Origin: Raillietiella orientalis
Taxonomy: Eukaryota
DNA: 64,000 nt
Reading direction: 5' to 3'
Assembly (NCBI GenBank): GCA_036172245.1
Contig: JAYWIR010000031.1
Location: 2,418,001-2,482,000, forward strand
The first letter of the stretch is position 1. Each line of letters opens with the position of its first letter. Position numbers and translations under genes: made by a program. Below the pieces are notes generated by a model, which saw only the letters and a list, made by a program, of their open reading frames with translations, did not search any database and was not told the DNA's origin. Positions 12,405-26,741 of this stretch are shown here, piece after piece.

Positions 12405-14460
12405 GATTGCGTGAATCAGGATCTCCACCTAGAACTCCTAGAACGCCTCGTTCTCCCGTTGCACCTCCTGGCCCATTTTCGCGTTTGCTTGTGCCACGCA
12501 CTGATTTCGATCTCTTTCAGCGCCAGCCAGGTGTACGGCGTTTCGATGCGGCGGGGTATGAGGCAGGGTGACAGTTTAAGTCCGTTACTCTGCAGCATCT
12601 TCTTTGAGTTGATACTGAGTACGTACAGGAAGACGCTGGCCAACCTGCCGTGCTCTTGTTCAGGAACGCCATCCGTGCCTTCCTATGGTGACCACCTGCT
12701 ATTCCCTTTACTCATGACCACCCTGCCGTCCAGTCTCGAGGATTCCTTCGAGCTGATTCGCCGGGCAGCGTGCGTGAGCGTAATTCGGATTAAGAGCGTA
12801 CTCGATCCTATTGGTACGGCGTGAGAGGGGCAGTCCGAATGGATCCGCCTGGGGATCCCGATCGCTTCGTCCTTTGATACTTGAGCGTTCCGCTGGAAAG
12901 ACTCAGCCCAGTGGAAGTGTGGTCGGACTGCCTTCGGAAGGCTACGAGTGCTCTGAGCCCGTTCCACCATGGCAGGTTCGTCCTGCCGAAGCGGGTCGCG
13001 ATATGGATCACCTTCGTTGCTTCCCTCTTGCGCCCCCTGTTTTTTGTTTGCCCGCCCCCCTACTCGGCAAAGCTCCAGGCGCACAGCCTGTTGAGGTACG
13101 CTCTGTGGGGTCCTGTGAGGTCCAGGATCCGCCTCAAAGACTCCGCGTAGGGATGTCGGCTGAGACATCCTGACGCTGGAGAGAATCGAGCTGCAGATGC
13201 AGCTTCGGATGTTGGCCCTGTGTGCCAATCTTTGGTCCACTCCCTGGTGCGCTCCCGCGCGAATGCTCCATCGGCACGGCACCGGAAGCGATGGACTTTT
13301 GTCTCTCCGGCCGCCTCCCGAGCGCGCCACTAGAAGCTTCGGTTCCCACTTGAAACCGCTCTAGCGGCTCCTGGCAGCTCAGGAATGGATCTCCTGCCTC
13401 CCACCGAACTTTAAATCCTGGAGGCAGGAACCGTTGCATGCCTAGGCAAAGCAACAGGATGTTTCACTTCTGGAACTCTGTTGCGCTCACCTCTCCCCGT
13501 ACTGCACGGTGGATGAGGTCTGCAACAGCCAGGAGAAGTGGACTCGTCTGGCCGTCACGGCCCTCGAGGACGCGCTGTCAGCCCTCACGGCAAGATACAA
13601 CAGCTGCCAACCGGCGAGATGAGAGGTCGCCTGCACCATCGCAGGAGCAACACGGCCCGTTGACGGCTGGAGGACTTGCGAGCTAGCAGACGCCGCCACG
13701 CCTCGCCACATCCAGAAGGGACTCCTTTGGTGGAGCAAACATTTGAGTGTGCCACCCGAAGAACTTGTGTTCCCTTCCTCCTGTTTGAACACTTCTGTGT
13801 TCCCCCTTTCTTCTAAGCAGGAGGTCATCATGCTGGTGCATTGGGGTTTTCACTCCAACCACCGGAGAACCGTATTTCCGGGGGATTTGTCTCCCCAAAC
13901 TGTAAGCGGTGCGGGGAATTGGAAACGCTTCTGGACTGCGGTGTTCTCCTGGGACTGTTGTGGAGGCTGGCTTGAGCTCTCTTGCACCAGAGGGACATCG
14001 CGACCGACTTGATGCGTCGTTTGTTTACGCCAGGCAGCCTGTCTTTAGGTGCTGTCATCGCAACGGTCTGTTGCACCCGCGCCATCGACAAGGCCCACCG
14101 AGAGTTGGAGATGCTGGTCATCCTTCGTCAGCCAACCGGATTAGCTAGCGCAAAAATGTCGTCGGCTGCCGAGTAGGCCCATCTTTTAGAGGGCGTTTGG
14201 GGAGAGATCGCCGGCATCCATCGCCGGTTCTGAAAGGAAGGAACGGCCTTCCCGAAGTCCCCTCTCCCCTACCCTCCATATCTTTATTTTTATTTTTGCA
14301 CAGGTGTATTTGTGGTCCCCTCCCTCGTGTTTTGCACTTTCCGTATATCGACCTGGGTGTTGGGGATTCCACCCCCTTCGTCTCTTTTTTATTCTTTGTC
14401 CGGGAACTCTGTTCCCGTATAGTTTACTAATAAACGCCCCGGCGCACCCGGCTGACAAAC
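12405..14460 (+). mobile_element. 5'-truncated family-B element (RT C-half through complete 3'UTR), degenerate
   Basis: Roughly 90% identical by eye (two segments compared) to the reverse complement of 54953-57035; ends AATAAACGCCCCGGCGCACCCGGCTGACAAAC. Confidence 0.92.
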
Positions 14461-15830
14461 AGTTGACCTCTTCTGATCGTCTGGATCTCCTGGACGTTCA
14501 CCGCGGCGATCACGTGGACATTCTGCAGCAGGGCATGGTCGAGGACACCCAGGTTGTTGGCCGCATCTCGTCTGTTGCCGTCGTCGCTCTGCCCGTTGGC
14601 ATTCCAAAAGGCCACGCGAATCCGAATGCGACAGGCGAGTCGAGGTGTTACTCATGGGAAATTGACGGTGCGGAGTCCGCCACCTTCTGTAGCTGGACGC
14701 TAGGAGGAGGAGAGGGGTGCTCCGAGCACCTTGTCTCTCTTCTCCATTGTTGCCGGAACGTTAGTCGGGTTGTCCATAGGTGGGGCGCGCATACTTGGTA
14801 TTTCTCCTCGCCGGGGCCGGACTTTTCTGGTTTTGCGCATGAGGGCGGGGCTCCGCCTCCCTGCACGCGTTTCTACATGGGGTTCGCTTTTTCCTCTGCT
14901 GTCGAGCGTGGGAGATCTGCCTGCGGGCTTCTAACGCTGCCGCCGGTTTCCGTCTTCTGCTCCTCGCTGGTTGACTGAAGGCGCCTTCCAGGCTGTTGGA
15001 GCTTGCGTCCCGCTTTCTTGGTGGGTACCTCCGCTGAGGAGGATGAATTTTCATCCCACAAGTCGGACTCACCTGCAGGGCCTTCTTCATCGGAGCCGAC
15101 CTTCGCAAGGCCTTGCGTTACGGGTTGTCATGCTCTGCGAGCATTGCCGCGAGCTCCTACGCTGCCTTCTCGAAAGTGGCGTCGTCATTGTCGGCGGACG
15201 CGACGCGCAGCTCACTGTGCAAACAGATTGTTCGCCATTGCGAACCTCAGGCGCGGAGGAGATGGCGAGGGGAGGATCCGGGCTCAGAGTGGCAGCTTCA
15301 GGAACGACGACGAGCTCCGGTGCCACCGTGCGCACACGAAATGTATGGAAACGCGGCGCGGCTTTTTTCTTTTTACCGGCTGCGTTCGTGTTCGTCTTTT
15401 TCTCCCTGTGTGACTTTATTCTCTTTCCTGGCCTTTACTAGCTTCCAGCCCTCTTCGCCTTCTACCACTTCGGAATGTTTTTCTTCAACGTCTTTTTCGA
15501 AGGTTGAAGAGCTGGCAGTTTGTGCCGGCCATTTTTATAAGTTGGTCTTACGACCTTAGTTGCCCGTTTAGCCAGTGCTATTTTGGCGGCAGGAGGAACC
15601 GGGCTGGAGCGCTTATGGCACACACTGCGAACGTAGCCCTTTAAGCCGCATAGGTGGCACTGAATGTTCTGACACCAATTACGAATGTGTCCTACTGCAT
15701 TGCAGTGGACGCAATACCGAGGCTTCCCCACGTACGAAAGGTCGACCCACTTTTGTGCGACCTTTAGTTTGTTAGGGAGCCAACCACTCTCATTTACAGT
15801 GACACGCGCTGATGCCTGGCTACCGAACAG
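14461..15830 (-). mobile_element. Family-A ORF1 (two CCHC knuckles, low-complexity tail) plus first ~55 codons of the endonuclease, cut off by the family-B 3' end
   Basis: CVHCNAVGHIRNWC and CHLCGLKGYVRSVC; FWNANG...LLQNVH. Collinear with 62020-63400. Confidence 0.9.
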
Positions 15831-15839
15831 TGCGTCATT

Positions 15840-17116
15840 GCGCAGCGCTTGCTGCCGCAAGGCGCCCCCGCATTACAGGCAGATGAACAGCAAGAACTTC
15901 AAAAGCCTTTCTCGATGATGGAGATCATATCTGTCATTGGAAATTTCAGAAAACAAAAAGCAACAGGGGAAGGTGGCCTGCCCAGGGAGTTCTACCAACG
16001 CTTCGCGGCAGAGCTGGTACCCTTGGTGCACAAACTATTCACGCTGATTCGAGAGCAAGAGAATGTCCCCCTGTCGTTCCGGTCAGCCAAATTACGTCTC
16101 CTTCCTAAACAAGGAGACATCCACAACGTAGGCCACTGGCATCTCATCACAATAGTGAATGCGGATGCAGTGTTGCTTGCCAAAGTCTGGGCTGAGCGAC
16201 TGGGTAGTGTAGCGGAATCTGTGGTCAGTCTGGAACAGTCTTACGCTGTCCCCGGACGAACCATGGAGGTCAACCTTTTCCTCGGCAGCAGCTGGTGGTA
16301 CTTGTAACAACGCGAGGCTCAGCAAGGTCGGAAGAGTCCTGGACTCTCCACTGACCGAGGGGAGGGAAGCCCAATGGGAGAAAACATGGCTGGAACCCCT
16401 GCGATCGCAGTGGATTTGCGTAAAACTTGCGACTGCGTCGACTAGGGGCTCCTCCTTAGGGAGCGTAGATGCCCATCGTTCAGAGTGCGGAGAAAGGGAG
16501 ACCTTTCTTTACTTAATCATGGACTGTGTTGCTCTCCGTCAGATGTGGGATCGACTCTCGTCTACCCTAACCATTCCTGGGCGACCCCAAGAACATCTTT
16601 TGACGCCTCCATACGTAAGATGACATGCCAGCCTCGGAGTGTGTGGCAGTGCTTTGCTGCATACACGGGATCTTGAAGAAGTGGACCGCGTCAAGGAGAG
16701 GCCGCACCAGTCGGAATGCCATTCACTGGGCGACCATCTCTTTGGAGAAGGCTTCCCATTAGCGCCGACTCAGACAGCATATGCCGGCACTTGTCTGCAT
16801 CGAAATATCAATGCAGAGGCCGCCTAACGGCGCACCGTGTTCCCTTCCCTTTCCTCCCCTCCCCAAAAAACCTTGTCCCCCAGGCGTTTGTCTTTTTTTT
16901 GTTCTTTTTGTTTTTTTGCGCTTTGGGGCCTCTGAAGTGGCCTTTACCGGTCTGTGGGTCGGTAAGTACAAGTGGTCCAAGACAGCTTGGATATGTGTGT
17001 TGACTGAAAAAACAAAAAACAGAAACAAAAACATTGACAAGAAAAAGATTTTATTATGAAATTTGTATTTGTGAAAATTTTTATAGTGAAAGCCCCGCCT
17101 CACCCGGTTGAAAACC
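15840..17116 (+). mobile_element. Family-C element with a large internal deletion (RT N-half joined at about 16460 to the Cys motif) and 3'UTR
   Basis: KATGEGGLP and HWHLITIVNAD are homologous to 2700-3270, then the sequence jumps to a region homologous to 4755-5395; ends GAAAGCCCCGCCTCACCCGGTTGAAAACC. Confidence 0.85.
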
Positions 17117-17709
17117 CCAAAGCGCGTGCACGGTTGCGAATTCTTCGAGCTCGTTCCGAACGGCCTCTTTGGTCATCCGGAACGATATGCCGGTCATGTG
17201 CACGATCACAAACCGATCCTTCGTTATCGGGAAGAGCCTCCGGCTTCCCATCAGCACACGGGTCCTGAGGAGTCTGTGCGCAAGAGTTGCCTCCTTGCAG
17301 ATGACTCCGACAAATTGTCCCCGCTTCTGATGGACATTGCCAGAAGCTCCTCTTTTTCAACGCCGAGAGCGCGCATCGTCTGTGAAAAGGTACGCGCGTT
17401 CCCGGGTGAATTTAAATCACCTACCTTGTACAGGAGGTGTGGGTTATACCCCTCCTCCAGGTAGGCGCTCATCTCCGCCATAGCCACCGGCGTAGGTGCG
17501 GCAGCTACGGCGTTCGAAGCCCTGGGTAGGGACGAAGGCGCATCAGTGGGGGCGGGGCCTCCACTTCCAACTCCTCCGGGTGCAATGACCTCATCGCCTC
17601 AGATCCTCACTGGTGGTGGCATCAGGCATTGCTGCCTAAACCACCACCCACACCACACACAAACGCAGAGAAAAAAGCATGCACTCAGGAGCGTCGAAAG
17701 AACACGTCC
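17117..17709 (-). mobile_element. 5' terminus plus ORF1 N-terminal fragment
   Basis: GGACGTGTTCTTTC at 17709; AGGCAGCAATGCCTGA start context shared with 52494-52510; AEMSAYLEEGYNPHLLYKVGDL. Confidence 0.85.
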
Positions 17710-18650
17710 GATGGCGGCTGCGCGCCTTCAGCAACGACTGTCGATTTTGCGTTCGCCGATTGACGCTCGATTGACAAGACGCGTCCGACTGTATTGCGGC
17801 ATTCCTTTAATTTCTTGCGCGGCGAAATTTTGTTTTTGCCATTCACGGGGTTTTTCTGAACGCTTGCGTTCTGATTTGATTTAATTTGCATGTTTTTTTT
17901 GGTTGCATTTTGAATTTCTTTTAATTTTATATTTACAACCGTTTTCCAGCCTTCCTTTTCGGCAGATGGCTCAGAAGTCTCCTTCTCCAATTGTTCTTCT
18001 GATGCACGACTTCTTCTAAGGATGGCTGGAGGTCGCGTTGTTTATTGTTTTGCGCCTTCTTCCCCTCTTGTATTTTCGGGGTTGACGGCTCTTGGGCGAC
18101 GTTCTTCGGGCATACGACGCTAGTGGGTCCCCTCTCGCTGCAATTTGGACATGTGGCGTCTAGGCATCGCTTTCCGAGATGACCGAACGTGTTGCACAGC
18201 CCTCAGTATTTTTGCTTCTCCAAGTACCAGAGATCAACGAGTTCGTCGTTGATCTCTAGTTTGTGAGGAGTTTCTGTGTTTTCGCGGAGAGTTACACGCA
18301 CGGCATCTCGCCCACTATATGCATTTCTATATTTAAAAGCGTTGGGCTTGTTCCTCATCGCGAAACTCTCCTCGAATTGATTGATTTCGATACGGATGTC
18401 TTGCTCGTTTATCCGCACCGTTGTTCCTGTAAGGTGAATCACTATCAAGTGATCCACCGTGTGTGGAAGGAGGTTCCTTCCTTCCAAAGGAAAGGGCATT
18501 CAGAGCAGTTTGTGTGTGAGCGCTGCAACTTTGAAAATGAGTTCTGGGAACTGTCCGCCGCTCCGTGCCGAGAAGCACAGAATCTCCTCGTCTTGGATTG
18601 ATCCCGTCCGACGGATGGCATTACCAAATGTCCGCGTGGTTAGCGGAGCT
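17710..18650 (-). pseudogene. ORF1 fragment
   Basis: PLEGRNLLPHTVDHLIVIHLTGTTVR...DLWYLEK is homologous to 5750-5980; a Lys-rich tail follows. Confidence 0.8.
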
Positions 18651-21000
18651 CATTAAAAATGCGTGCCAGCGCCTTCTTTGCTGGCCGCATTCTGCGGGAA
18701 ATACTGGACTTTTCCGTGAGTTGCACGTGGGTGGAGAGGGATCCCCTTGCCATGGTCACGCCCTTCCAGAGAAGGGTGCTTTATAGCAGTTGGACACCGA
18801 GGAGGCAAGTCTCTTGCCCTATCGCAGGCAGAGAGATGATGATGAGAGGCTGGACTGTGAAAGTGCTGGCTTACGCCACCACCGCGAGAGTCCTGCGCGG
18901 AAGCTAACGAAATGGGGCGAGTTGCTAGGCATCGCGACTTATGATCTGAAGTTGCACGCAGTGATTATCGGATCCAGTATTCTTCCTCTGAATTTTTAAT
19001 AGTCGGGGCTTCTGTTGTTGCATTGGGGGCTACACTGCAACGCGCGCTACTTCCACTGCTCGCAGGTAGAAGCAAATCGTGATTGAGCCAGGTGCGGGGA
19101 ACGAGAATCCTTTCCACACCTCTTAGTTGAAAGTGTTGTTCTCCGGACCCTGTTGGAACGTTTCGGAACGACCTTAAGAAATCCTGGAAGGTACCCTTCC
19201 CGGAAATTTTTTCGGCTCCTCTTCGTGAGGGATGCTCTGCTGCCAGGCGCTGTTGTGGCAGCCCTCAGATGCATCTACGGCATTGTGAGAGGAACAACTT
19301 GTTGACGGCGGGATGGACTCGTCGGCAGCTTTTGCCGTTGCTGTCGATTTTCACAAAGCATAATACGGCGTCGACCAGGAACTCCTTCTAAAGCTCCTGC
19401 AATGCATAGGTTTACCGGCCGTTCTGCAGTCCTACCTGCGCTCCTGCTGGCACAAAGGGATAATCAATAGTTGTTTCAGCAGCCGGCAAGCACACAGCGT
19501 GCCAGTGAACTGCGTCATCCGGCAGGGTGACAGTCTGTGCCCCTTGCTCTTTAGCAGCTACTTCGAGTTGATGCTCAGAGCATAAGGGAAACACTGGCAA
19601 CCCTGCCGAGCTCGTGTGCCGTCACGCCTGCTGTATGGTTCTATGCGGATGATCTTTTTCTGCTGCTTCCTGGGTCCACTCCGGCGTGTGTGATTGAGGA
19701 TTACTTATGAGTTCTTACACCGCGGGACCGTGCTGGAAATGCGCAAAAGCGAAGTTGTCCATCGTTCATGTCGGTTTGGCGTGGGCTGGATGGTCGGACT
19801 GGATCCGCTTGGGGGTCCTTGCGGTCAGGTGTTTCAACTACCTTGGAGTTCCGTTGGGGGACTTCTGCGTGTCAGAGGCCTGGTCCGCCTGTCTTCAAAA
19901 GACATCGTTGGCGAAGGACCCGTTGCACGAACTTGCTTTACTTGCGGCAACGGCCGCGGGATGGAACTCAATTGCGGCCCCCCTCCTTTGCATCCTGCTT
20001 TTTGTTTTTCTCACCCCTGCAATTGTTCGCAAAAGTGTAGAGGACCTCCTACGGAGAGCCCTGTGGGGCAAAGGGAGTTCCCATGTGCTATTAAAAGATC
20101 TGTGTGCTTCACGTAGGGATGGTGGACTTGACCTCCTAACGTTGCAGCGCATGGAGCTTGAGCTCAGATTTCGGACTCTGTCTCTATCCGCGGAATTATA
20201 AGACACGCCATAGTGCGCGCAAGCAAGGCTCTTGGCACGACGAGCCTCAGGATTCGGCGGACTTTCGTCGTTTCTGGCTACGCGCTGCGACAGGCACACC
20301 GGATGCGTGCTTCGACTGCGTCGAATGTCCGCTGCAGTTTCAGAGAAACTTTGGATCTCCTGCGTTCCCGGGAACTACTCTGCTTGGCTGCGGAAGTCAG
20401 TATCCACGTGGAAAAAGACACCCCGAAGGATACAAGGATTAGTTGCCTGAGAAGGAAAACTCGCTGGACGCTGCAGGAGATCATGCAATTTCAAAACACA
20501 CTTCTGTGGAAGCAGGTTACCCCTCATGTTCTTTGGTATACTTCAGACAGTAACAAGCAGTGAACACGGAAAGTGTCTAGCGTTATGGACAACAGGACGC
20601 GACCGATAAAGGCGTGAACATCTCGTCACTTCGCAGACGCTGCGATTCCAAGTGCCCTCATAATGGACTTTTACGCTGGAGCAGGGTCCTCGAATCATCT
20701 CCGGAGGAGATAAAGTGGCTCCCAGCGTCTTGGAAGAGTGGCTCCCTTCCTCTGATGTGGCAGGAGATGGTGTTACTCGTTTTCCATAAGGGACCTTGCA
20801 AATTTCGCCTCACCCACCGGAATCGTGTAAATGTGTATGGCCGTTTTGCACGTTTCAGAGAGAATGGGACCTTACCTCACCTACTTCTGAACTTCATTGC
20901 CTTCCTTTCCCTTTGGAATCGTCTTTCTACGATCCTGAACATTGGTGGAGGCATACCCAGGAACATGTTCCGGCGAAGCTCCTCGTGTGCCTCCGCTCCT
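18650..21000 (+). pseudogene. Two adjacent old ORF2 remnants (family-A C-terminal part to about 19290; RT/C-terminal part from about 19320)
   Basis: LREILDF..CTW.E, RQGDSL, FYADD at about 19640, YLGVPLGDF and WLPASW, with many stops. Confidence 0.8.
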
Positions 21001-24000
21001 CTTCACTAATCCTGATAAAAATCTGATTCAAGAAATTTTGCGGCTTTCGATTACACAGAGAATCTTTCAGAATTTCAGATGAACTGATTGCCCTAATGAA
21101 TCGAGTAAACTTTTTACCGGACAGTTGAGTTCAAAAGAGAATCACTTTTATACACCAGAGTCACAACGAAATACATTTTCAATTCCACTATAATACTCTC
21201 TAGTGTGTGATGAGCCCTTTTCTCAAGGAGCCCTTTAATGACTCATCATTACGTCTGTTACAGTTATTCTTCAGAAACATGAACTTCTGTGAGGTACTTT
21301 TTTAGGCGGAACCCCTATATCTGCGTGGGTGGCACCTAACGTCACCGGTGACCTACCAAGATTCGGTCACTTTACAGTAGGCATTCTTTGGGTAAAGTCT
21401 ATCCTAGTCGCGTTTGCAAATTAGTGATATCTTTACAAAAAGAAAGGGTTAGATTTCTTCATATTTCATGACCACTAGAATTTTCATATCGTCTCCGCGT
21501 AGCAAATTTGAAAATAGAAAATAAAAAATTGCTTATTGCACTAGAAAAATGGAATTCCTTTTCTTGCAAACCAACATTTCAAAGGTTTTAATTTTTTCTA
21601 TGTGTTATTAACAAAAGGACGAGTCATCTTGCACAGCGAATAATGACTGCTTCAATCATCAGCACGGTGAAAGAGGGAAGTGGATATGAATGTTGGCAAG
21701 AAGTTTATTTTCACTTTATTAATTCGATACAAGTCAAAACCCATCAAAGGCTGTTTTCGCTACAGATGGTCAAGGTTTTTTGGTTGCTCAGTAGCTCTCG
21801 AAAATTCCAAAAGGCATATGGAACCTGTTTCAAATGTGCAATTCACATTGAATGGGGTTTGAAGCACGACGCCCTCGTTTCCACTTACTTCCTCACTGAA
21901 AGATTGAGTTTAAGAAAAAGGTTTCCTTGCGATTAAAAAGTGGACGCGCACTTTCAATGTTGGTAACGTTTCTGAAGTCTCATTGGATAATTCTTGTAGG
22001 AGGTTTGACCACACCATCCCACAGACGTCCGCATTTCGGGCTCGAGGTACAAGAGTTTTGACCAGAAAAGTAGCAATTTCGGGAGACTAAGAAAGGCCGC
22101 CCTACGAACTTGAAATTTTTAAAAGGTTCGATTAGTTTCCGAGTTTTGATGCTAGATGATACAACTACGACCTATCGAAGAAACTGAGCGTATTTTTTTC
22201 GTGCGTCACCAATTTACGGCAGATGCTTGTATCCAGGTAGGCGATTACGTTGTCATGGAAAAGGAAAAGAAGCGGATGTTCAAAGAATGAGTGCTTTTCC
22301 AGATCATAAGTAAACACGGATGCGTTATTCATGCAAAAGGGAGGCTGGTGTTTGAGAGTTTACATAGGAGGGTATCTTACTCGATATTCGGTGAAACTAA
22401 GCAATGACATGGTCCTCTTATGAAGTTAAGATCTAAAAATACATTCACTGGAACGCCAAAAAAAGACTAAGGAAAACGATGTAATTTTTTGCATGTGCAT
22501 TGCCTCCTTACCGTAACCAACACCGAGCAAGATTGTCTACGAGTTGAAGGCAACTTATTCGTAGTCCATGCTATCTTGCACGAATTCCGTGGTTCCTCAA
22601 GGGGTGGCGTCAGAAGAATGAATGAACACTTTCCTGTGGAATCCTCAAACTTGATGTCGTTAATGAACTGTCGGAACATCAATGCATTCACATCAGCGTT
22701 GTTCATTTTAAGGCAGAGAACTGCCATCACCATCGGCAGCCACTGAAACGTGAAATTTGTCGAAACGAAAGCCTTTTACTATGTTGTGCATGGTGGGCAG
22801 TGTTTAAAATTAAAGGCTGCGAAAGTCAATCACTATTCTCGCCTCCATCTCAAATGCACATGGAAACTCTCGAAAAAAGGGAGTTGTGCTTCAACATAGC
22901 AGAAAGACCATTGCACAACGTGATTGCTTCAATACTCCCCGTATTCTAAATAACGCGTGTTGTATCTTTATCCTATTTGGCGTTTCCACCTTCAGTATGC
23001 AGAGATGAGTTTAATTTTTCAAGCTTCGAAGATTCTTTCCTCTGGAGCTACCTTGACAGTAATAAATGTGAAGCAAATATTTCCGTTGTTCCAATCCCCT
23101 GCTCTTGCATATCTATCACCGTACGAGTGTGTTTTCGACGATGTTGACATAAGGTAAAACCTCTCACTTGGTCAGCGTATACCTTACAGTTGCACCCATC
23201 GAGGAGAGGTACGAAACCGCAGAATGGGGCGGCATTTTGCAATACATCTTCGAATTTAAATTCCGAAACACGAAACTGCCATTTCCTCGTTAGCATAGGG
23301 AGGATGAATTTTCGTAAATCCTCGAGAGGGAGCGTTTCGCATGAGAGTAGGCCCTAGCGTGCATTTTTCAAGTTGCGGTATGCTGGTTTGCATTCGGTGT
23401 TTCGCGAACGTTCACCATCAAAACGCCCTACCCGCCCAACAGGTTGTCTGCATAACCATTAGACATTTCCTCCATGGGAACTCAGTTAACACTTGAGAAT
23501 TTCAAAGAAGTTAACCACATACGCACATTTAGAAGCATCATTATGCCGAAATTCCTCTGCACTTCCTCTCTGAAGCAAAAAGAAGAACGCACTCAGATAT
23601 TAGAAGAACTGAAGTTCCTTTCTTAGAATGTGGTGCGGAGTCGGTCAATTTATAGTTGATCGAGGGAGCACAACAGGCCAACTCCTTGCGTAAGTGCCAC
23701 AAGATGGTTCTTGTCAAAACATGGACACATCATCTCCATACATGCCAGCAGTTTTTCAAAATTTTTTTTTTCAGGATCGCAGAGAAATCTCAAGATTCTT
23801 TTCTATGAGCTGCAGACTTTTCTCTTGCTTCTGAGCGCTTATGCATGTGTGGTCCGCTGCATCATTTATCCCTGATGTTCGCGGAGAGCAGCAGCCAATT
23901 AGGAGCTGCCGTGAAAGGTGGAATAACAAATGAGAGAACTCTTTTCTGGAACAGAAAGAAAGGTTTAACTGCAGCAATGGATGTTGCGAGCATCCTTCTG

Positions 24001-24602
24001 TGCGCTTCGTCCACTTTTCTCCCTCTCAATTTCTTAGGCTCACTTTATCCGCTTTAAAGAAGCTGTCAACAGAGAGAGGCATATTGGGAAAGCCGTTGAT
24101 CACTACTACTACTATTAAGATTTGAAAAGTTTGAATTTGGAAATGAAGGGTACTGATGAAAAATGAGTTCGATGCAGGGAGAAGAAAACATGGTTCAAAG
24201 GTGAAAACAAGCCTAAATGTGATTAATAGGAACCTCAAGATATGGTATGTCGCTTAGCTATTTGCTCAAGAAGTTGGGCTAAGGATTATTATTGGGATGC
24301 TTTCTTACCAAGTAGGAAATAGGCAAAACCATGGTGTGATTCCCCTACTTGAGCAGGCAGAGAAGTATAAACGTGAAACTGCGTTCGGAAAGCATACTTG
24401 GTTGCTTGGAGGATAAGTGCAGGGGAAGAACGATCTTATGATTGCGTTTATACAATCAACTGCTTTGGTTGTTTACTTCCGAGCTGCTTTAGCTAATGTA
24501 TGCAAAAAATTGGGAAGGACAAAAATGATAATAAGGAAGAAAATAAGATGAAAATCGTCTATGCTACATAGAGCGAAGAAGAACCACAAATAAATCTCTC
24601 AG

Positions 24603-24684
24603 AAGGATATTCTGAACTTGGTGATGTTCAACATTCTTGATAATGTAGCGAGTGATCCACATGGATTCGGCGGTGTTGTCGACG
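24603..24684 (+). CDS. Candidate coding exon of an unknown host gene
   Basis: TCTCTCAG acceptor, open frame KDILNLVMFNILDNVASDPHGFGGVVD, strong G|GTAAGT donor (phase 1). No homology recognised. Confidence 0.3.
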
Positions 24685-26661
24685 GTAAGTGAAATGGTTT
24701 TCTCGTGTTTAACCGCAGAAAGGGTCTTCAGCTTGTTCGCTCACTCGATCGTTTATGCAAAATCTCATTCAGCGCAGTGGAAGGCAATCTGGGAAAACTC
24801 TTAGCCATGAAATCTTCATTTTAACGTACAAATTTTCTCTGCGAATCCAGAAAAGGAAAGAAATCTTAGTCTGAATAAACACGCTTTTTAAAATCTTCAG
24901 AGCTCGTTTTCCCGGCAAAACAGCTAAGCAACATCGCATCTCAGAGAATGGAGCTCCAGACATGAAAAACACGTGATATTTTGGATTCCTGCGATTAAAT
25001 TCTGCGTATCTTATCAAATGTAATCAGGAATCCAAGCACAGATTGAAATTAGTTTTGTTTCATTCATAAGCAGAAGGGACGAACAACTGATCTTTTTAAG
25101 CGCTAGAGCTAGCACGTTTCTTGTTCTGCTTTCAAATCGCTAAACAAATGGAAAAAGGCTTAGAGAAGAAGAAGATTTCATTTCTGTTCCCATACAGAGA
25201 ATTCGGCCTCTCTTGCTGAAAGAATGATACACAAGGGGAAACTACATTTCCGGAATGCTGAGTCTGAATTCTCTAGTCGCGATGCTTAAGTATGCAGCAC
25301 TACTGGATCTCATGCAAGGCGAAAGACGGGTGTCTTCTTTTATTGCACCATTTGTCACTTGACTATTGTCTTTGGGGCCATTTCTCGACCTTTGGAGCAC
25401 CTATAATCAAGAGGAACATCCACCCTATATTGCAACCGGGACTAATGAATATGCAATTTATTTTATGCGTCCATTATTTCTTAAGTCGGTTAAATTGTTG
25501 TCCAACTTCTTTCCAGGATTTTGAAGTTTTGCATTGTGAAAAAAATTTGGGTCAGCTTTCCACGGTATAGCACGTAAGACCTCAGAAGTTGCATTCATAA
25601 AGAAGCTAGATTTTGTCCAGCGAGCTGAAAATCCATGTGGGCTGCAAAAGATGCAATTATTTTCATGTTCATTCACAGCCTCTTAAAGAAAGGAGTGCTT
25701 TGCTGAAAACGCGGCCTCCTGGTGTTTTGAAAAACTTGCACTCTTGCGAATGCGTTAGAACGTCTTGCTATGTTTGCTGGTGCACACAAGCTTCAAGGTG
25801 CAAGAAGAGAGCTCTGATGACAAACGTGGACGGTGGGAGAGACCATACCAATGATATGTGGAGCAACATGCGAGGCAAACTATCTGCCGTATACATGGAA
25901 ACCAAACATAAAGCTTAGATCTGTGCATCTCCTGATAACTGTAAAAATGGGGCAAGGCGTTCTCTCCCATGTACACGGAACGCTGTTGGCGCAGGTGCAA
26001 CACGTGTAGGCCACGTGAGCAGGAATGTTGCCAAAAGCAAGTCTTACCGTTTCTGAATACGAATAGAACAAACCAAGTGTATGCGAGATTTTATAGGCAG
26101 CGCTGATAATTTATGATTCTCTGCAAGTGTGAGTGTTTCCTCCTATGGAAACATGGATGCAATGAAATGAAAATCACCGTCGCTAGATAACCATGCATCT
26201 TAGTCATGGGAATCTTCAAGAGGATTTATGTATGCAAGAAACACATTCCATAATGCGTGTACATGCAAGTATGAGCTTAGGAATATTTGGATAAGGACAC
26301 ATGAAACAGCAAGGATGCCAATAAACCAAAATAGTTACGCAATGGTGTGAAAGTTGAGTTAGCAATACGCTTTCTTGCTCCTGCATTCCGATGATAACGT
26401 CTGACAGTTCGCTGCATGCTTGGAGGCTGCTGCAACTACGGCCTCGTATGGATAATCGCGATCTCAATGTCTTGTTTATCAAGATAGATGAAAATATAAG
26501 TTTTAACGAAAGTTATGGCAACGGGACATCGAGAGTACAGCTTTAAAACAGCAAAGAAATTTAGGAAATACAGCAGCTTCATAACAGACCCTCTATCCCC
26601 AATAGCGGAGAGAACGTGAATTTCTTCGATTAGGGAAACCACAAAGACGTTTTTTTCTCAG

Positions 26662-26741
26662 GTTACACGGCTGCAGTTGTGCAACACTCTGAGTCCTCAG
26701 TAGAAGATGTGTTTGAAGAACCACTAGAACGTCCAAGGTGA
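26662..26741 (+). CDS. Candidate coding exon, phase-compatible with 24603-24684
   Basis: TTTTTTTCTCAG acceptor. Phase-1 joining gives (G)YTAAVVQHSESSVEDVFEEPLERPR followed by a stop or an AG|GTGAC donor. Confidence 0.3.
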
